NCBI GenBank assembly: GCA_024233835.1
Contig: JACKPC010000001.1
Coordinates: 1,541,442-1,605,441, forward strand
Reading direction: 5' to 3'
DNA from: Leptospiraceae bacterium
Lineage (GTDB): Bacteria > Spirochaetota > Leptospiria > Leptospirales > Leptospiraceae
DNA length: 64,000 nucleotides
How positions within the stretch are numbered: position 1 is the stretch's first letter; each line of letters begins with the position of its first letter. A program made the translations under genes and the position numbers. This document shows positions 38,639 through 48,686 of the stretch, piece after piece. The notes beneath the pieces are model-generated. The model worked only from the letters and a program-made list of their open reading frames with translations, made no database searches and was not told where the DNA came from.

Positions 38639-40041
38639 TGAGAGTTTTTCTTTTTGCAATTATACTTTTTCTTTATACTTCCGCTTCGGCACAGGATTAT
38701 TATAACATTAAAGGTCTATTTGGTGAGAAAGCTCCGGGTATGGGCGGTGCTTTTACCGCTATTTCTGATGATGTGTCAGGCATGTACTATAATCCTGCCG
38801 GCCTTTCTTTCAGTGATAAAAACTATATTTCTATAAATGCCAGTAGTTATAAGATGCAAAATGTCTATCTTAAAGATATGTTCGGTCCTCAACAGGACTA
38901 TGATAGGGCTTCTAAAAATTATTTACCAAATTTTATTGGAATTGTAAAAGCTTACGGGAATTGGAACTTCGGTTTTTCTGTTATTAATTCTGTTTCCGAG
39001 AATTTTGATCAAGCTGACCAGATAAACCTTCCTTTATTCGAGAGGGAAATAACAAGAATCAATGCAACTTTGCGGGAAGAGAATTTTGAAATTTTTGGAG
39101 GTCCGAGCTTATCCTATAAATTCTCGAATAGATTTTCTCTGGGATTCAGTTTTCACTATTTATATTCAAGTTCTTCAAACTTTCTGCATATACAGCAGGA
39201 ATATGAAACGGGAAGCATTTCGCACGTTACTCAACAGGAGAAGAAAAAAGCCTATGCATTTACTCCTATAGTAGGTTTTCAATATATGCTAATAGACAAG
39301 TTGTCTCTAGGTTTATCTTTGAGGCATCAAAAGTATACTACCGGTAATTATAGTAGTCGTAATAGTGTTAATACTTCTATAGGTATGGATAATATACTGA
39401 TAATATCTGAAGGGAATAAAAACTTTACTACAAGTGCAATAAATCAATTTGTGATTTTATCTTCTCCGGAAATTTATGAACTTCCAAATTTAACTACTAT
39501 TCGTTCGGGACTTGCTTATTTCTTTAGTACGAGGTTTCTTTTGTCTTTTGATTTGATTTATACAAGTTCTTTTAAGAAAAATATATTCAGATATGATTAT
39601 TCTGCCGGTTTCTACAGTATTTCTAATACAAATAAAAATGAACTTTATCGAGAAAGCACTTTGAACTATGCTTTGGGTACTGAAATTTTCTTATCTGAAT
39701 TTATTGCTTTTAGAGCCGGCTTTTATACGAATAATTCAAATAATACCAAATTTAGCTGGATACAGGGGGCCTTGAAGATGATCTATGAAGATACAGCCGG
39801 TCTCGATGGAATGCATGTAGATAGTAATATTTTTATTAAAGGGCCTGGTTTAAGGGATGAATATGTAAATTTAAAAGGGTATACTTTCGGTCTTGGTTTT
39901 TATACGGGAGGAAACTCAATATCTATCAGTTATGTAAGAGAAGTCGGTAGGGGCATTTCAGCCATTCCTGTGGGAAAGCTTCCCCAGATAGTAGTTGTTA
40001 ATTATAATTCGTTTTATTTAACCGCTACGAGTAGTTATTAA
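38638..40041 (+). CDS. outer-membrane beta-barrel protein (FadL/TodX-like)
   Basis: Signal peptide. GMGGAFTAISDDVSGMYYNPAGL N-terminal motif and alternating beta-strand pattern to the C-terminal aromatic. Start overlaps the previous stop (TAATG). Confidence 0.55.
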   Translation: MRVFLFAIILFLYTSASAQDYYNIKGLFGEKAPGMGGAFTAISDDVSGMYYNPAGLSFSDKNYISINASSYKMQNVYLKDMFGPQQDYDRASKNYLPNFIGIVKAYGNWNFGFSVINSVSENFDQADQINLPLFEREITRINATLREENFEIFGGPSLSYKFSNRFSLGFSFHYLYSSSSNFLHIQQEYETGSISHVTQQEKKKAYAFTPIVGFQYMLIDKLSLGLSLRHQKYTTGNYSSRNSVNTSIGMDNILIISEGNKNFTTSAINQFVILSSPEIYELPNLTTIRSGLAYFFSTRFLLSFDLIYTSSFKKNIFRYDYSAGFYSISNTNKNELYRESTLNYALGTEIFLSEFIAFRAGFYTNNSNNTKFSWIQGALKMIYEDTAGLDGMHVDSNIFIKGPGLRDEYVNLKGYTFGLGFYTGGNSISISYVREVGRGISAIPVGKLPQIVVVNYNSFYLTATSSY

Positions 40042-40058
40042 TTATAAAAGGAGTATAT

Positions 40059-40616
40059 ATGTATTATTTAATATTTGTTTCTTTTTTTGTGCTTTTTTCC
40101 TGTACCGGAAAGGACCTAAAAGTATATAAACCGGAAGAGATAAGTTTACAAGCAGATAAAGTTTTTATAACGGGAAGAAGCTTAAAAAAAGAAGAATCTT
40201 CCAAGCATAAAAAAGAAATTGATGAACTTTTAAACAAAGTGCTTCAGGGGGTATTCAATAAAAATCTAAATATACTCTTGGAACTCAGCCATCCGAAGAA
40301 AGGAATCTATGTAGATTTAAAAGCTCATTGGGATAGGAAACGTCTTGAAACCGAATTGAGTTCTAAAGATTCCTACTTTGAAACCTATTTTTTTAATCGT
40401 GAAAAATTAGTAGCAGTCAAACAGACTGAGGATGTACGGACGGTTAGAGAGCTTCTTTTATATTCCGGTGGACTTATCATTCATTACTATTTTGATGGAG
40501 ACGAAGCCTGTGAACTGAAGTTGGAATTTAAGGATAATAAAACACTGGCTTATGAATTAAACAATCCCTATTTTATAAGAGTAGATGGAAAATGGTATAT
40601 ATATAGAATGTTTTAA
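40059..40616 (+). CDS. hypothetical lipoprotein
   Basis: Lipobox LFSC. Confidence 0.4.
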   Translation: MYYLIFVSFFVLFSCTGKDLKVYKPEEISLQADKVFITGRSLKKEESSKHKKEIDELLNKVLQGVFNKNLNILLELSHPKKGIYVDLKAHWDRKRLETELSSKDSYFETYFFNREKLVAVKQTEDVRTVRELLLYSGGLIIHYYFDGDEACELKLEFKDNKTLAYELNNPYFIRVDGKWYIYRMF

Positions 40617-40623
40617 AAGTCTT

Positions 40624-41244
40624 ATGGAAGCAGAAATATCCATTCGGGAGTTATCTTTACATTTTCAAAAAAGAGAAATTTTTCATAATTTAAGTTTTGA
40701 AGTTTATAAAAGTGAAAAAATACTTTTAACAGCCAAATCTGGTGGTGGAAAATCGAGCCTGTTTAAAATATTATTGGGTTTTGAAAAAGCTTCCTCCGGT
40801 ACTGTGTATATTCAGGGAATAGAATTAAAGGAATCTAATATAATGCAAATTCGAAGCCTGATTTCATTTATTCCTCAGGAACCCCCACTTATAGATAAGA
40901 CGGTCAATGAGTTTTATGAAGAAGTATTTAATTATAAAGCTAATAAGCTGATTTCTTGTGATGAAAATCTGAAAAAGAGCATGGCTATGAAACTATTTGG
41001 AGAACGAAATATCTTTTCTGAGAATCTCTCCAAACTTTCTGTAGGAGAACGAAAACGTGTTGTTTTGATACTGGCTTTTTTGTTAAAAAGAGAAATTCTC
41101 TTTTTAGATGAATTAAGTGCCGGTTTGGATAAAAAGGTCAGAGAAGTAGTGGAAGATCTACTAAATCAATATGAAGGTTGTATTTTGTTTTCAAGTCATG
41201 ATAAATCTCCTAAAACCATGAATTGGAAGGAACTAAGCTGGTGA
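40624..41244 (+). CDS. ABC transporter ATP-binding protein (FetA/YbbL-like); ORF-track start 40585 probably too early
   Basis: Walker A SGGGKSS, signature LSVGERKR, Walker B LFLDEL. Confidence 0.8.
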   Translation: MEAEISIRELSLHFQKREIFHNLSFEVYKSEKILLTAKSGGGKSSLFKILLGFEKASSGTVYIQGIELKESNIMQIRSLISFIPQEPPLIDKTVNEFYEEVFNYKANKLISCDENLKKSMAMKLFGERNIFSENLSKLSVGERKRVVLILAFLLKREILFLDELSAGLDKKVREVVEDLLNQYEGCILFSSHDKSPKTMNWKELSW

Positions 41245-42035
41245 AAACAGCTTTCGATTTTCCTGTTCTAAATTTTCTGTATTTTTTTATTTTTCTTATT
41301 CCGCTCTTTATCTTGTTGTATACTTTGCGAATTAAAAAGTGGAAAGCATCCCTTTTGGCTATTGTTCGTATGGCTATTCAACTTAGCTTTGCCGGATTCT
41401 ATCTGACAGTTTTATTTCAATATGATAATTACATTCTGAATCTGTTATATTTTCTTTTTATGGTATTAGTATCTTCTCATTCTATTAGTTCTAATGCAAA
41501 TCTACGATTCCTAAAGAGTTTTCCCCTGGTTTATCTTGCCAATCTTATTCCCCAGGTAATCATGATTAGCTTTATGCATTTTTTTGTTCTGGAGCTTACA
41601 AAAATTTGGGAAGCAAGGTATTTTATTCCCCTCGGAGGAATGCTCTTAGGAAATAGTCTGAATGCCAGCATTGTTGCTTTACGTACTTTTTTTCAGCTTT
41701 TAGAAAAGAATATGCCTCTGTACCAATACAAATTATCCCTGGGAGCCAGTAAGAATCAGGCTCTGCATGATACATTTAGAGAAAGCATATCCACAGCCAT
41801 TGCTCCTATCACGGGAAGTATGGCCAGTATGGGTCTTGTGTCTCTACCCGGAATGATGACAGGTCAAATATTGGGAGGTTCAAGTCCTCTGATTGCTATT
41901 AAATACCAGGTGATGATAGTTCTTGCTATTTTCTGTACGATTTTATATTCGACCCTTTTTTCTCTTTTTTTGTTTATTACCTTTGCATTTGATCCGTATT
42001 TTATGCCAAGAAAAGAATTTTTTAAAGAGGAATAA
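41223..42035 (+). CDS. ABC exporter permease (FetB/YbbM-like)
   Basis: About 270-aa polytopic membrane protein. Overlaps the ATPase gene end. Confidence 0.55.
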   Translation: MEGTKLVKTAFDFPVLNFLYFFIFLIPLFILLYTLRIKKWKASLLAIVRMAIQLSFAGFYLTVLFQYDNYILNLLYFLFMVLVSSHSISSNANLRFLKSFPLVYLANLIPQVIMISFMHFFVLELTKIWEARYFIPLGGMLLGNSLNASIVALRTFFQLLEKNMPLYQYKLSLGASKNQALHDTFRESISTAIAPITGSMASMGLVSLPGMMTGQILGGSSPLIAIKYQVMIVLAIFCTILYSTLFSLFLFITFAFDPYFMPRKEFFKEE

Positions 42036-42089
42036 ACGGAAGGCTGGATTTAGCTTTTCAAGATTAATTAATAGAATATTAAACATATC

Positions 42090-43871
42090 TTATACTCCAA
42101 AAACGAGTTTGATTTCTTTTTCATATTCTTCTAAAGCATTCATATCTTCTGAAATGGTACGAATGGTTTTAAATTCGACTTCTTCGATTTTTCCATCAAT
42201 TTTCATGGCTTCGATCAGGTGTTTGATAATCGATGTTTTTTTTGCAGAAGGTGCCGTTTTGAATTTTTCCAATAAACCTTCCATTTCCCTTAAAAATAGT
42301 TCTGTATCATTTTTTTCTAATAGATCGGATATTCTATCCAGGAAGTATTTATTGTGCCCGAACTTTCTGCAGGAGGAATTTAAGAATTCACTCTCTTCTT
42401 TAGAAAAATCATCATCCGCAAAAGAAACAAATAAAGCACCGATTACCATCACAAGGTAGTATTCTCCTTCTTCCTTTTCATTTCCTTTAGAATTGAGAAG
42501 TCTCTCTTTGTTTAAAGCGTCTAAGGGAATTAACTTTGAAAGATTCTGGTTTATGGTATTTTTTTTATATTTTGCTTTTATATTTGTATCCGTAAAAAAC
42601 ATCCGCGTGTTATAAAAATATTCCAGGGCTTTGGCACGAAATACTTCTAAGGGATGAGTTCTCAAAACATCTGAAATTTCAAAATAGGAGCCGGTTTCCA
42701 ATAAGTTGTTTGCCTGGTTCAAATAGTCATCAATTACATAAGAACCAAATTTATCTACATTTCCGGCTGATAGTTTCATAATGGCCTGTACACTGGCCTG
42801 AAAGTTTTTACTGGCAAATAACCCCAGTCTATCCGCATTTAGCTCCTGGATCTGGCTGATTAACATTGAAAACTTTAAAAGTTCAAAGCCTTCTTCTGAT
42901 TGAATAATTCGTATTTCGTCTTCGCTGCGTTCACTTTCATATTGAGGATTAAACATGCGTAAAATGTAATTGTGTAAGAAACTCTGATTATGATTGAATA
43001 CATAGTGTCCGAACTCATGACCGATAATAGTCTTGATTTCATCTTCATCATCTACCAGGTTTAAAATATTATCGGCAAAGCCTAAAATAATCTCTTTCTT
43101 ATCTGAGATAATAAAGGCATTTTCTCCCATGCCTTCTTTGGTTTTAAAAACTTTTATATTGGCTTCTATTTCAAATAGATTTTTTACTTCTTCGATAATC
43201 GAAAAAAGTTTTTCATGGTTTTTTGCATTTAACTCTACCGAGGTTTTCAAGAAATGTTTTAGGGCTGAAGTATAGCCACTCTCTCCGTATTTACTCTGAG
43301 AGTTTTGTTTCAATTTATCTGCCAGTGGAAGTTTTTCCAACTCTGTTTTTAGTTTGTCCTCTTCTATAAGTTTTAGCTCCTGAAGTTTTTTACTACAGTC
43401 AGTACGGGAAAAGTTTTTAACTTTAGGGGGTTTTATATTCAGAGGAGAACTGATTTTTATTTCAACATTCAATTTCTCTTCTGTTTTTATGGCCGCGGAT
43501 GTAGCTATGTCACCCGGAGAACTTTCTCTTCCCGAAGAAAGCTCTTCTCTCGTGTACTGTTTGGGATTTTCTTGTGGAGTAATTTTTTCAAATCGATAGG
43601 GAAAAAGTTCTCTGAATTTTTTATAAGCAAACTCTTTACCTTTAAGCATCGCAGAATCCGGGTCACTTCCCATTACCCGGGTATATAAGCGCAGCATGGA
43701 ATAGCCAATACCGGAAAGGATAAGGAGAGTCAAAAACAATAGAGTGAAACCGGAAGCCTGTTTGCCTTTTTGTATTTCATCAATAGCAACACTGAAGAGG
43801 AGGAAGCTAAAGATTGCTATAACAACAGAAACCGCAATAAAAATGTATTTGAATAACTTTTTTAAAAACAT
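42090..43871 (-). CDS. M48-family zinc metallopeptidase with N-terminal TM and extra C-terminal domain
   Basis: HEXXH (IIGHEFGHYVFNH) with a downstream E. 593 aa. Confidence 0.7.
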   Translation of the reverse strand: MFLKKLFKYIFIAVSVVIAIFSFLLFSVAIDEIQKGKQASGFTLLFLTLLILSGIGYSMLRLYTRVMGSDPDSAMLKGKEFAYKKFRELFPYRFEKITPQENPKQYTREELSSGRESSPGDIATSAAIKTEEKLNVEIKISSPLNIKPPKVKNFSRTDCSKKLQELKLIEEDKLKTELEKLPLADKLKQNSQSKYGESGYTSALKHFLKTSVELNAKNHEKLFSIIEEVKNLFEIEANIKVFKTKEGMGENAFIISDKKEIILGFADNILNLVDDEDEIKTIIGHEFGHYVFNHNQSFLHNYILRMFNPQYESERSEDEIRIIQSEEGFELLKFSMLISQIQELNADRLGLFASKNFQASVQAIMKLSAGNVDKFGSYVIDDYLNQANNLLETGSYFEISDVLRTHPLEVFRAKALEYFYNTRMFFTDTNIKAKYKKNTINQNLSKLIPLDALNKERLLNSKGNEKEEGEYYLVMVIGALFVSFADDDFSKEESEFLNSSCRKFGHNKYFLDRISDLLEKNDTELFLREMEGLLEKFKTAPSAKKTSIIKHLIEAMKIDGKIEEVEFKTIRTISEDMNALEEYEKEIKLVFGV

Positions 43872-43907
43872 ATAGAACTCCTTTTTTAGATTATAAAATC
43901 AATATAA

Positions 43908-46900
43908 TTAAGCCACATCAGCATTTCCATTTATCGCATCGATTATTTTCACGACTTTTATAGCATCTTCCCTATTGGGAAAAACTCCGGATAGACCTCC
44001 ATCATTTATGTCGATGAAGGGAGACTCGTTTAGTACTCTTTTTTCTAATGTACCATTTTTTGCCAGATAGTTGATAATCGTTTTCACAAAAGTCATCTGA
44101 TCACCTCTCAGGTTTCCGGCCTGTAAAAATTCGGCAAAGGCCTGATTCAGGGCTTCTGTTTCCAAACCGGTGATACTGCGAATGAAAACTCCTAAAGGCC
44201 TTTCACCGTATTCCTGAACAAATTGCTCTTTACTTCCTGCTACATCATCTGTAAAAAGTATTCTTTCCAGAGCATTTATGTCGTGCTCTGTGATAGATTC
44301 ATTATGCCGGAGTTTATAGATTGTGATGTGGTCTTTGTTATTTCGAATATAGCTTTCTACCCTGTCTTTATAGGATTGCAGGCTGGTATAAATATCTAAG
44401 GGATATTTTTCATCTATTCTTGTTGTATCTAATTTGTCTTTAAAGTTTGTATAGATTGGTTCCTGCTTTTCCGGGTCCAAATATTTTATCAAACTTCGGA
44501 TGGATTTTCTAAGTTCTTCCAGACTGTGCACATGAGCCTTTTGCCAGTAAGCATCGGTTTGGACGGATTGAATAAGTTCTATTTGCTTTGCTATCTGGGG
44601 TATATTGGCTTTTTTTTCCAGCTCTTTTGCCAGTCCTGCGATTTTATTTGTGTATTGGCTGAGACTATTTGTTTCCAGTAAGTAAAGCATACTGCTATGT
44701 ACCAATACATCAAATCTTCTGGCTTTATCATCATCGCCTTTTTGCGGAGGTTCTAAATGGGAAAGATGTTCACTGATGATTGACAGGTCTAATTTGTTTA
44801 GGTTTAACCATTTTTCTTTATAGCTGTATTCTTTCACATATCTCCATTGCTTTTGCACGATAAAGCGATCCTCGTCCAGAGTCGATATGATGTGCTGTAG
44901 TTCCTTTGCATAAAGTTCCTTGATTTGCTTCTCTTCTTCCGTGGTTTCTGTCTTCTGGTTGATAATTACCAGGACTCTGGCTTTGGCCTCAAATATTTGT
45001 TGCTGTAACGATTTTACATTTTTGCTGATATAGCCTTCCGGCTTTGCTTCAAAAAATTCAAAGTTTTCACAATAATCGAAAATAAGAAATTCTTTCTTAT
45101 GAACACCCGGAGCAAATAAATCAGGACAGAGCCTTGTGCCCCTGCCTATCATCTGCCAGAACTTGGTGACGCTGCGTACCAGTTTGAAAAAGACCAGATT
45201 TACCACTCGCGGTGCATCTACACCGGTATCCATCATATCTACGGATACGGCGATTTGTGGATCTTTTTCACTGTGTTCATCACTAAATTTTTCTACGAGA
45301 TCTTCTGCTTTCTCTATGTAGTTGTCAATTACCTGTAAAAACTTGTTGCTGTATTCCGGATAGTTCTTTTCAAATCGTTTCTTGATGAACTCGGCATGGT
45401 TATGGTTTTTAGCAAAGATAATCGTCTTCCCGATTTTATCTCCACCCTCGACCTTTATCCCGTCTTTCATCAGATGTTCAAGAACTTTGTCTACCGTATC
45501 CTGATTGAATAACCAGTTATTTAATGCTTCGCTGCTAATGCTGTCCGGTGCTTCTTCGTTTGATGGGTCGCCGAACTTCTCTTCATATTCCTGTTTTTCT
45601 TTTTCGGATAGCTCGTGGTATTTAATGCCTTCTCTCTGGAATTTCAAGGGAACACTGTAGGCTTTGGCTGGCACCAAATATTTGTCTTTGACGGCTGCGT
45701 CTAATTCGTAGGCGAAGGTAGGGTTGTCATCTTCGATTTGGAAGAGGGAATAGGTATTTTTATCAAAGTCTTTTTTGGGTGTAGCAGTAAGTCCTAATAG
45801 TAAAGAATCAAAATATTCAAAGATGGCTTTATACTTCTGATAGACCGACCTGTGGGTTTCATCAATAATGATGAGATCAAAATGTCCTACTCCGAAATAA
45901 CGCTTATTGTCTATTCTCGTGTGGTCGATTTGATTCATCATCGTTGGATAAGTAGAAAAAACAAGTCTTGCTTCCAAATTGACCTTATCCCTGGTTAGAT
46001 CAATGGAAGACAATTCGGGTAAATGATTATTAAACGCTTTTTTCGCCTGGGTGACAAGGGCGTTTCTGTCAGCTAAGAATAAGACTCTTTTCACCCAATT
46101 GCATTTGAATAACATATCTACAATGGCGGCTGCCGTCCGGGTTTTGCCGCTTCCGGTCGCCATTACCAGCAGGGCTTCTCTTTTAAAGCCTTTGAGATTT
46201 CCCTTCCTGTCGCTTATCACATAGGCTTCGGCAACTCTTCGCAGGGCTTCTAACTGATAGGGTCTATTGATAATATTATGATTTACTGAAAAGTTTCGCA
46301 GGTCTTTTTTATCCAGACGTCTGTCTATGAGAAGTTGTAGTTCATCCTGTGTATAAAAGCCCTGGGTTTGTCTTTCGCTATAGAAAGTATCATCATAGAG
46401 ATAGGTTTCAAAACCATTGGTATAGAAGATAATCGGTCTCTGTCCGTGCATCTTTTCCAGACAGTCGGCATAGAGTTCAGCCTGATGTCTGCCGGATTCT
46501 GCATGTAGCATGGTTCGTTTGGCTTCGATGACAGCAAGAGGTTTGCCGTCCTTTCCCCAGAGAACATAGTCCGCATAGCCCGTGCCGGAAGGGTTTACGC
46601 TTTTAGGCAAGCCCGTTACTTTATATTCCAGATCCTTTCCCTTTTGCAAATGCTCCCAGCCTGCATCCCGAAGGAGGAGGTCGATAAAACGCTCGCGTGT
46701 TTCTTTTTCGGTTACAAGAACGGGAACCACCTGCATCGGGTCGGTTTCTTTGTTTCTTTCTTCTCTTCTGTCTGCGATTTCTTGTTTTAGTCTTTCTAAT
46801 TCCCTGCGTAAAGACTCATTTTCCCTTGCCTGCTCCTGTTGTTTTTTGCGCTCTTCGGCTTCTTTTGCCTGAAGTTGTTCTTTTTCCTGTTCTAAAGCTT

Positions 46901-47354
46901 TGAGCTTTTTGAGAGTTTCCTGTTCCTTCTTGCCATCGGGAATGTGGGAGAGAGAAAACGCGGGTGGCCTGGTTTTTTGCAGAGAGTAGCAAAAATGAAA
47001 AGCACCTAAGAATCGAAATAGGTTTTTGACAGAGACAATGGAATGTTCTTCGGTGATGCTACTGCCGTGGGCCGCGGAATTTCCATAACGGCGGATAAGT
47101 TCAATTTCCCGGGAGAGCCTGGCCGGGCGGATGATTTCTTGAAAATTGGCATCGAAAATAAGAGCGGAAAGATTGTCGGAATAGGGCCTGGTGAGTTTCT
47201 TGTCATGGTCATACATCCAGTTGACAGCCAGCTCCAGGGCACTACGGGCAAGAATGGCACTGGCTTTGGGCGAAAGGAGCGCAAGTCTTTCGGCTTCTTT
47301 TGCCTCAGCAAAAATTGTGGGCCAGGCGGATTGGAGAAAAACAAAGTTCGACAT
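43908..47354 (-). CDS. hsdR: Type I restriction enzyme R subunit HsdR (start chosen at MSNFVF…; ORF track extends to 47474)
   Basis: N-terminal MSNFVFLQSAW consensus and PD-(D/E)xK (…DYVLW…VIEAKRT). Helicase motif I MATGSGKT and motif II IIIDETHR. TGAnATG coupling to the hsdS stop. Confidence 0.85.
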   Translation of the reverse strand: MSNFVFLQSAWPTIFAEAKEAERLALLSPKASAILARSALELAVNWMYDHDKKLTRPYSDNLSALIFDANFQEIIRPARLSREIELIRRYGNSAAHGSSITEEHSIVSVKNLFRFLGAFHFCYSLQKTRPPAFSLSHIPDGKKEQETLKKLKALEQEKEQLQAKEAEERKKQQEQARENESLRRELERLKQEIADRREERNKETDPMQVVPVLVTEKETRERFIDLLLRDAGWEHLQKGKDLEYKVTGLPKSVNPSGTGYADYVLWGKDGKPLAVIEAKRTMLHAESGRHQAELYADCLEKMHGQRPIIFYTNGFETYLYDDTFYSERQTQGFYTQDELQLLIDRRLDKKDLRNFSVNHNIINRPYQLEALRRVAEAYVISDRKGNLKGFKREALLVMATGSGKTRTAAAIVDMLFKCNWVKRVLFLADRNALVTQAKKAFNNHLPELSSIDLTRDKVNLEARLVFSTYPTMMNQIDHTRIDNKRYFGVGHFDLIIIDETHRSVYQKYKAIFEYFDSLLLGLTATPKKDFDKNTYSLFQIEDDNPTFAYELDAAVKDKYLVPAKAYSVPLKFQREGIKYHELSEKEKQEYEEKFGDPSNEEAPDSISSEALNNWLFNQDTVDKVLEHLMKDGIKVEGGDKIGKTIIFAKNHNHAEFIKKRFEKNYPEYSNKFLQVIDNYIEKAEDLVEKFSDEHSEKDPQIAVSVDMMDTGVDAPRVVNLVFFKLVRSVTKFWQMIGRGTRLCPDLFAPGVHKKEFLIFDYCENFEFFEAKPEGYISKNVKSLQQQIFEAKARVLVIINQKTETTEEEKQIKELYAKELQHIISTLDEDRFIVQKQWRYVKEYSYKEKWLNLNKLDLSIISEHLSHLEPPQKGDDDKARRFDVLVHSSMLYLLETNSLSQYTNKIAGLAKELEKKANIPQIAKQIELIQSVQTDAYWQKAHVHSLEELRKSIRSLIKYLDPEKQEPIYTNFKDKLDTTRIDEKYPLDIYTSLQSYKDRVESYIRNNKDHITIYKLRHNESITEHDINALERILFTDDVAGSKEQFVQEYGERPLGVFIRSITGLETEALNQAFAEFLQAGNLRGDQMTFVKTIINYLAKNGTLEKRVLNESPFIDINDGGLSGVFPNREDAIKVVKIIDAINGNADVA

Positions 47355-47355
47355 A

Positions 47356-48513
47356 TCAGGTAAGTTCTCCTTTGAAGGCTTTTTGCAAGAGACAGTTAAA
47401 TAGATCATCGGCTTTTTGAAGGGAAGCCTCCGCATTTGCTTTCTGGGATTCAATTTCTTGAATCCGTTCCGCAAATTGGTTTTGAAGCTCGATGGGTGGG
47501 AGAGGGTAGTCCAAGTCTCTTAAAATTGCTAAGTTAATATTTTTTTGTGCAGATTCAGGTGCAGTTTCTTCGAGAATTTTTTGTAAAAATGACATCCAAA
47601 AATGAGCGTAAATATTATTAGTATTTTCATTTGGAATAAATCCAACAACACTATCAGGAAAACATGCATTAAAAGTTAATATTCCAGTTTTAGCAATATT
47701 AGCTGCAATAGTAATACATAAAGTTCCTGAAGGCCATTTTTTACTTTGTGCTAATCCTATATCTGAATAAGTCGAATCATAAGTTTTTACAAATATTCCA
47801 CTATTTGCTATATCTCCTGTCTGAATTAAGGGATGGGATCCTCCAAGTAGTTCAGGGGCATTTCTTGGTCTATGCTTTGATTTTCCTCTATCCAGTTTCC
47901 CCACTTCTGAAAACTTTACAACCTCCCAGCCTTTGGGGTTCACAACCGGGTCGCCGAACATGTCTAAGAATAGGCTCTGGGCCAGCTCGTCGTATTTGGT
48001 GAGAAGTGCTTTGGTCTTCTGCCGGAACTCATCCGCCGCATCCAGTATCGCCGCGATTTTCTTTTGTTCATCGAGGGGCGGCAGGGGGATTTTGATATCT
48101 TTCAAATATTTAAAATGTCGATTGTATCCAGTATCTGGAATATTTAATTGAGATAAAAAATAATAAATATATTTTGTGTAATTGTTTCTTTCTTTATCTT
48201 GTAATACCTTAACACCATCAGCACCCATAACAAATTTAAAATCTATATATTTGAAAATTCTTGTATGGTCTCCAAAAATTATATAAGGAGGTTCTGATTT
48301 TACTATTTTTTTTTCATCAGAAAGGTAACCTGCAATCTTATTTTTACCTTGATCAATAATAGGAATCTTTCCAGAACTTTCAAACTTTGATTTAGGTATT
48401 TTAAAATTGCCAGCAGAATTATCTTCTAAAACTTCTTCAAAATTTTTAATAACCCATGTTTTTGGTAGTTTACGTAATGTACTTAAATTCTGTACCAAAC
48501 TAAAATCTTTCAT
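47356..48513 (-). CDS. hsdS: Type I R-M specificity subunit HsdS (start moved to MKDFSL… with GGGAGG SD)
   Basis: Two TRDs separated and followed by conserved coiled-coil repeats (LPPLDEQKKIAAILD…, PLPPIELQNQFAERIQ…). The ORF-track N-terminus (MQCVSTGLQCVSTG) is just a REP element read through. Confidence 0.85.
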   Translation of the reverse strand: MKDFSLVQNLSTLRKLPKTWVIKNFEEVLEDNSAGNFKIPKSKFESSGKIPIIDQGKNKIAGYLSDEKKIVKSEPPYIIFGDHTRIFKYIDFKFVMGADGVKVLQDKERNNYTKYIYYFLSQLNIPDTGYNRHFKYLKDIKIPLPPLDEQKKIAAILDAADEFRQKTKALLTKYDELAQSLFLDMFGDPVVNPKGWEVVKFSEVGKLDRGKSKHRPRNAPELLGGSHPLIQTGDIANSGIFVKTYDSTYSDIGLAQSKKWPSGTLCITIAANIAKTGILTFNACFPDSVVGFIPNENTNNIYAHFWMSFLQKILEETAPESAQKNINLAILRDLDYPLPPIELQNQFAERIQEIESQKANAEASLQKADDLFNCLLQKAFKGELT

Positions 48514-48591
48514 TTCATACCTCCCGTTGTTTGAACAGGATTTTTGGATTTCCATCGTGGGTGGAATTGTGGTATTTGAATGGTTGGTTTT

Positions 48592-48647
48592 TCCGGTAGA
48601 TACGCATTGCAACCCGGTAGATACGCATTGCAATGCGTATCTACCGG
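48592..48647. repeat. REP-like element: direct duplication of CCGGTAGATACGCATTGCAA followed by its inverted copy, forming a ~36-bp perfect hairpin
   Basis: Seen directly. Located between hsdS and the RAYT gene. Confidence 0.65.
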
Positions 48648-48686
48648 GTTGAACCGATTGTGGTTGTTTATTTGCATATTATCTTC

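Noticed and set aside
43908-47474. HsdR start at 47474 (ORF-track N-terminus MRNGFKK…)
   Set aside because: That extension overlaps the hsdS 3' end. The conserved HsdR N-terminus MSNFVFLQ begins at 47354 immediately after the hsdS stop.
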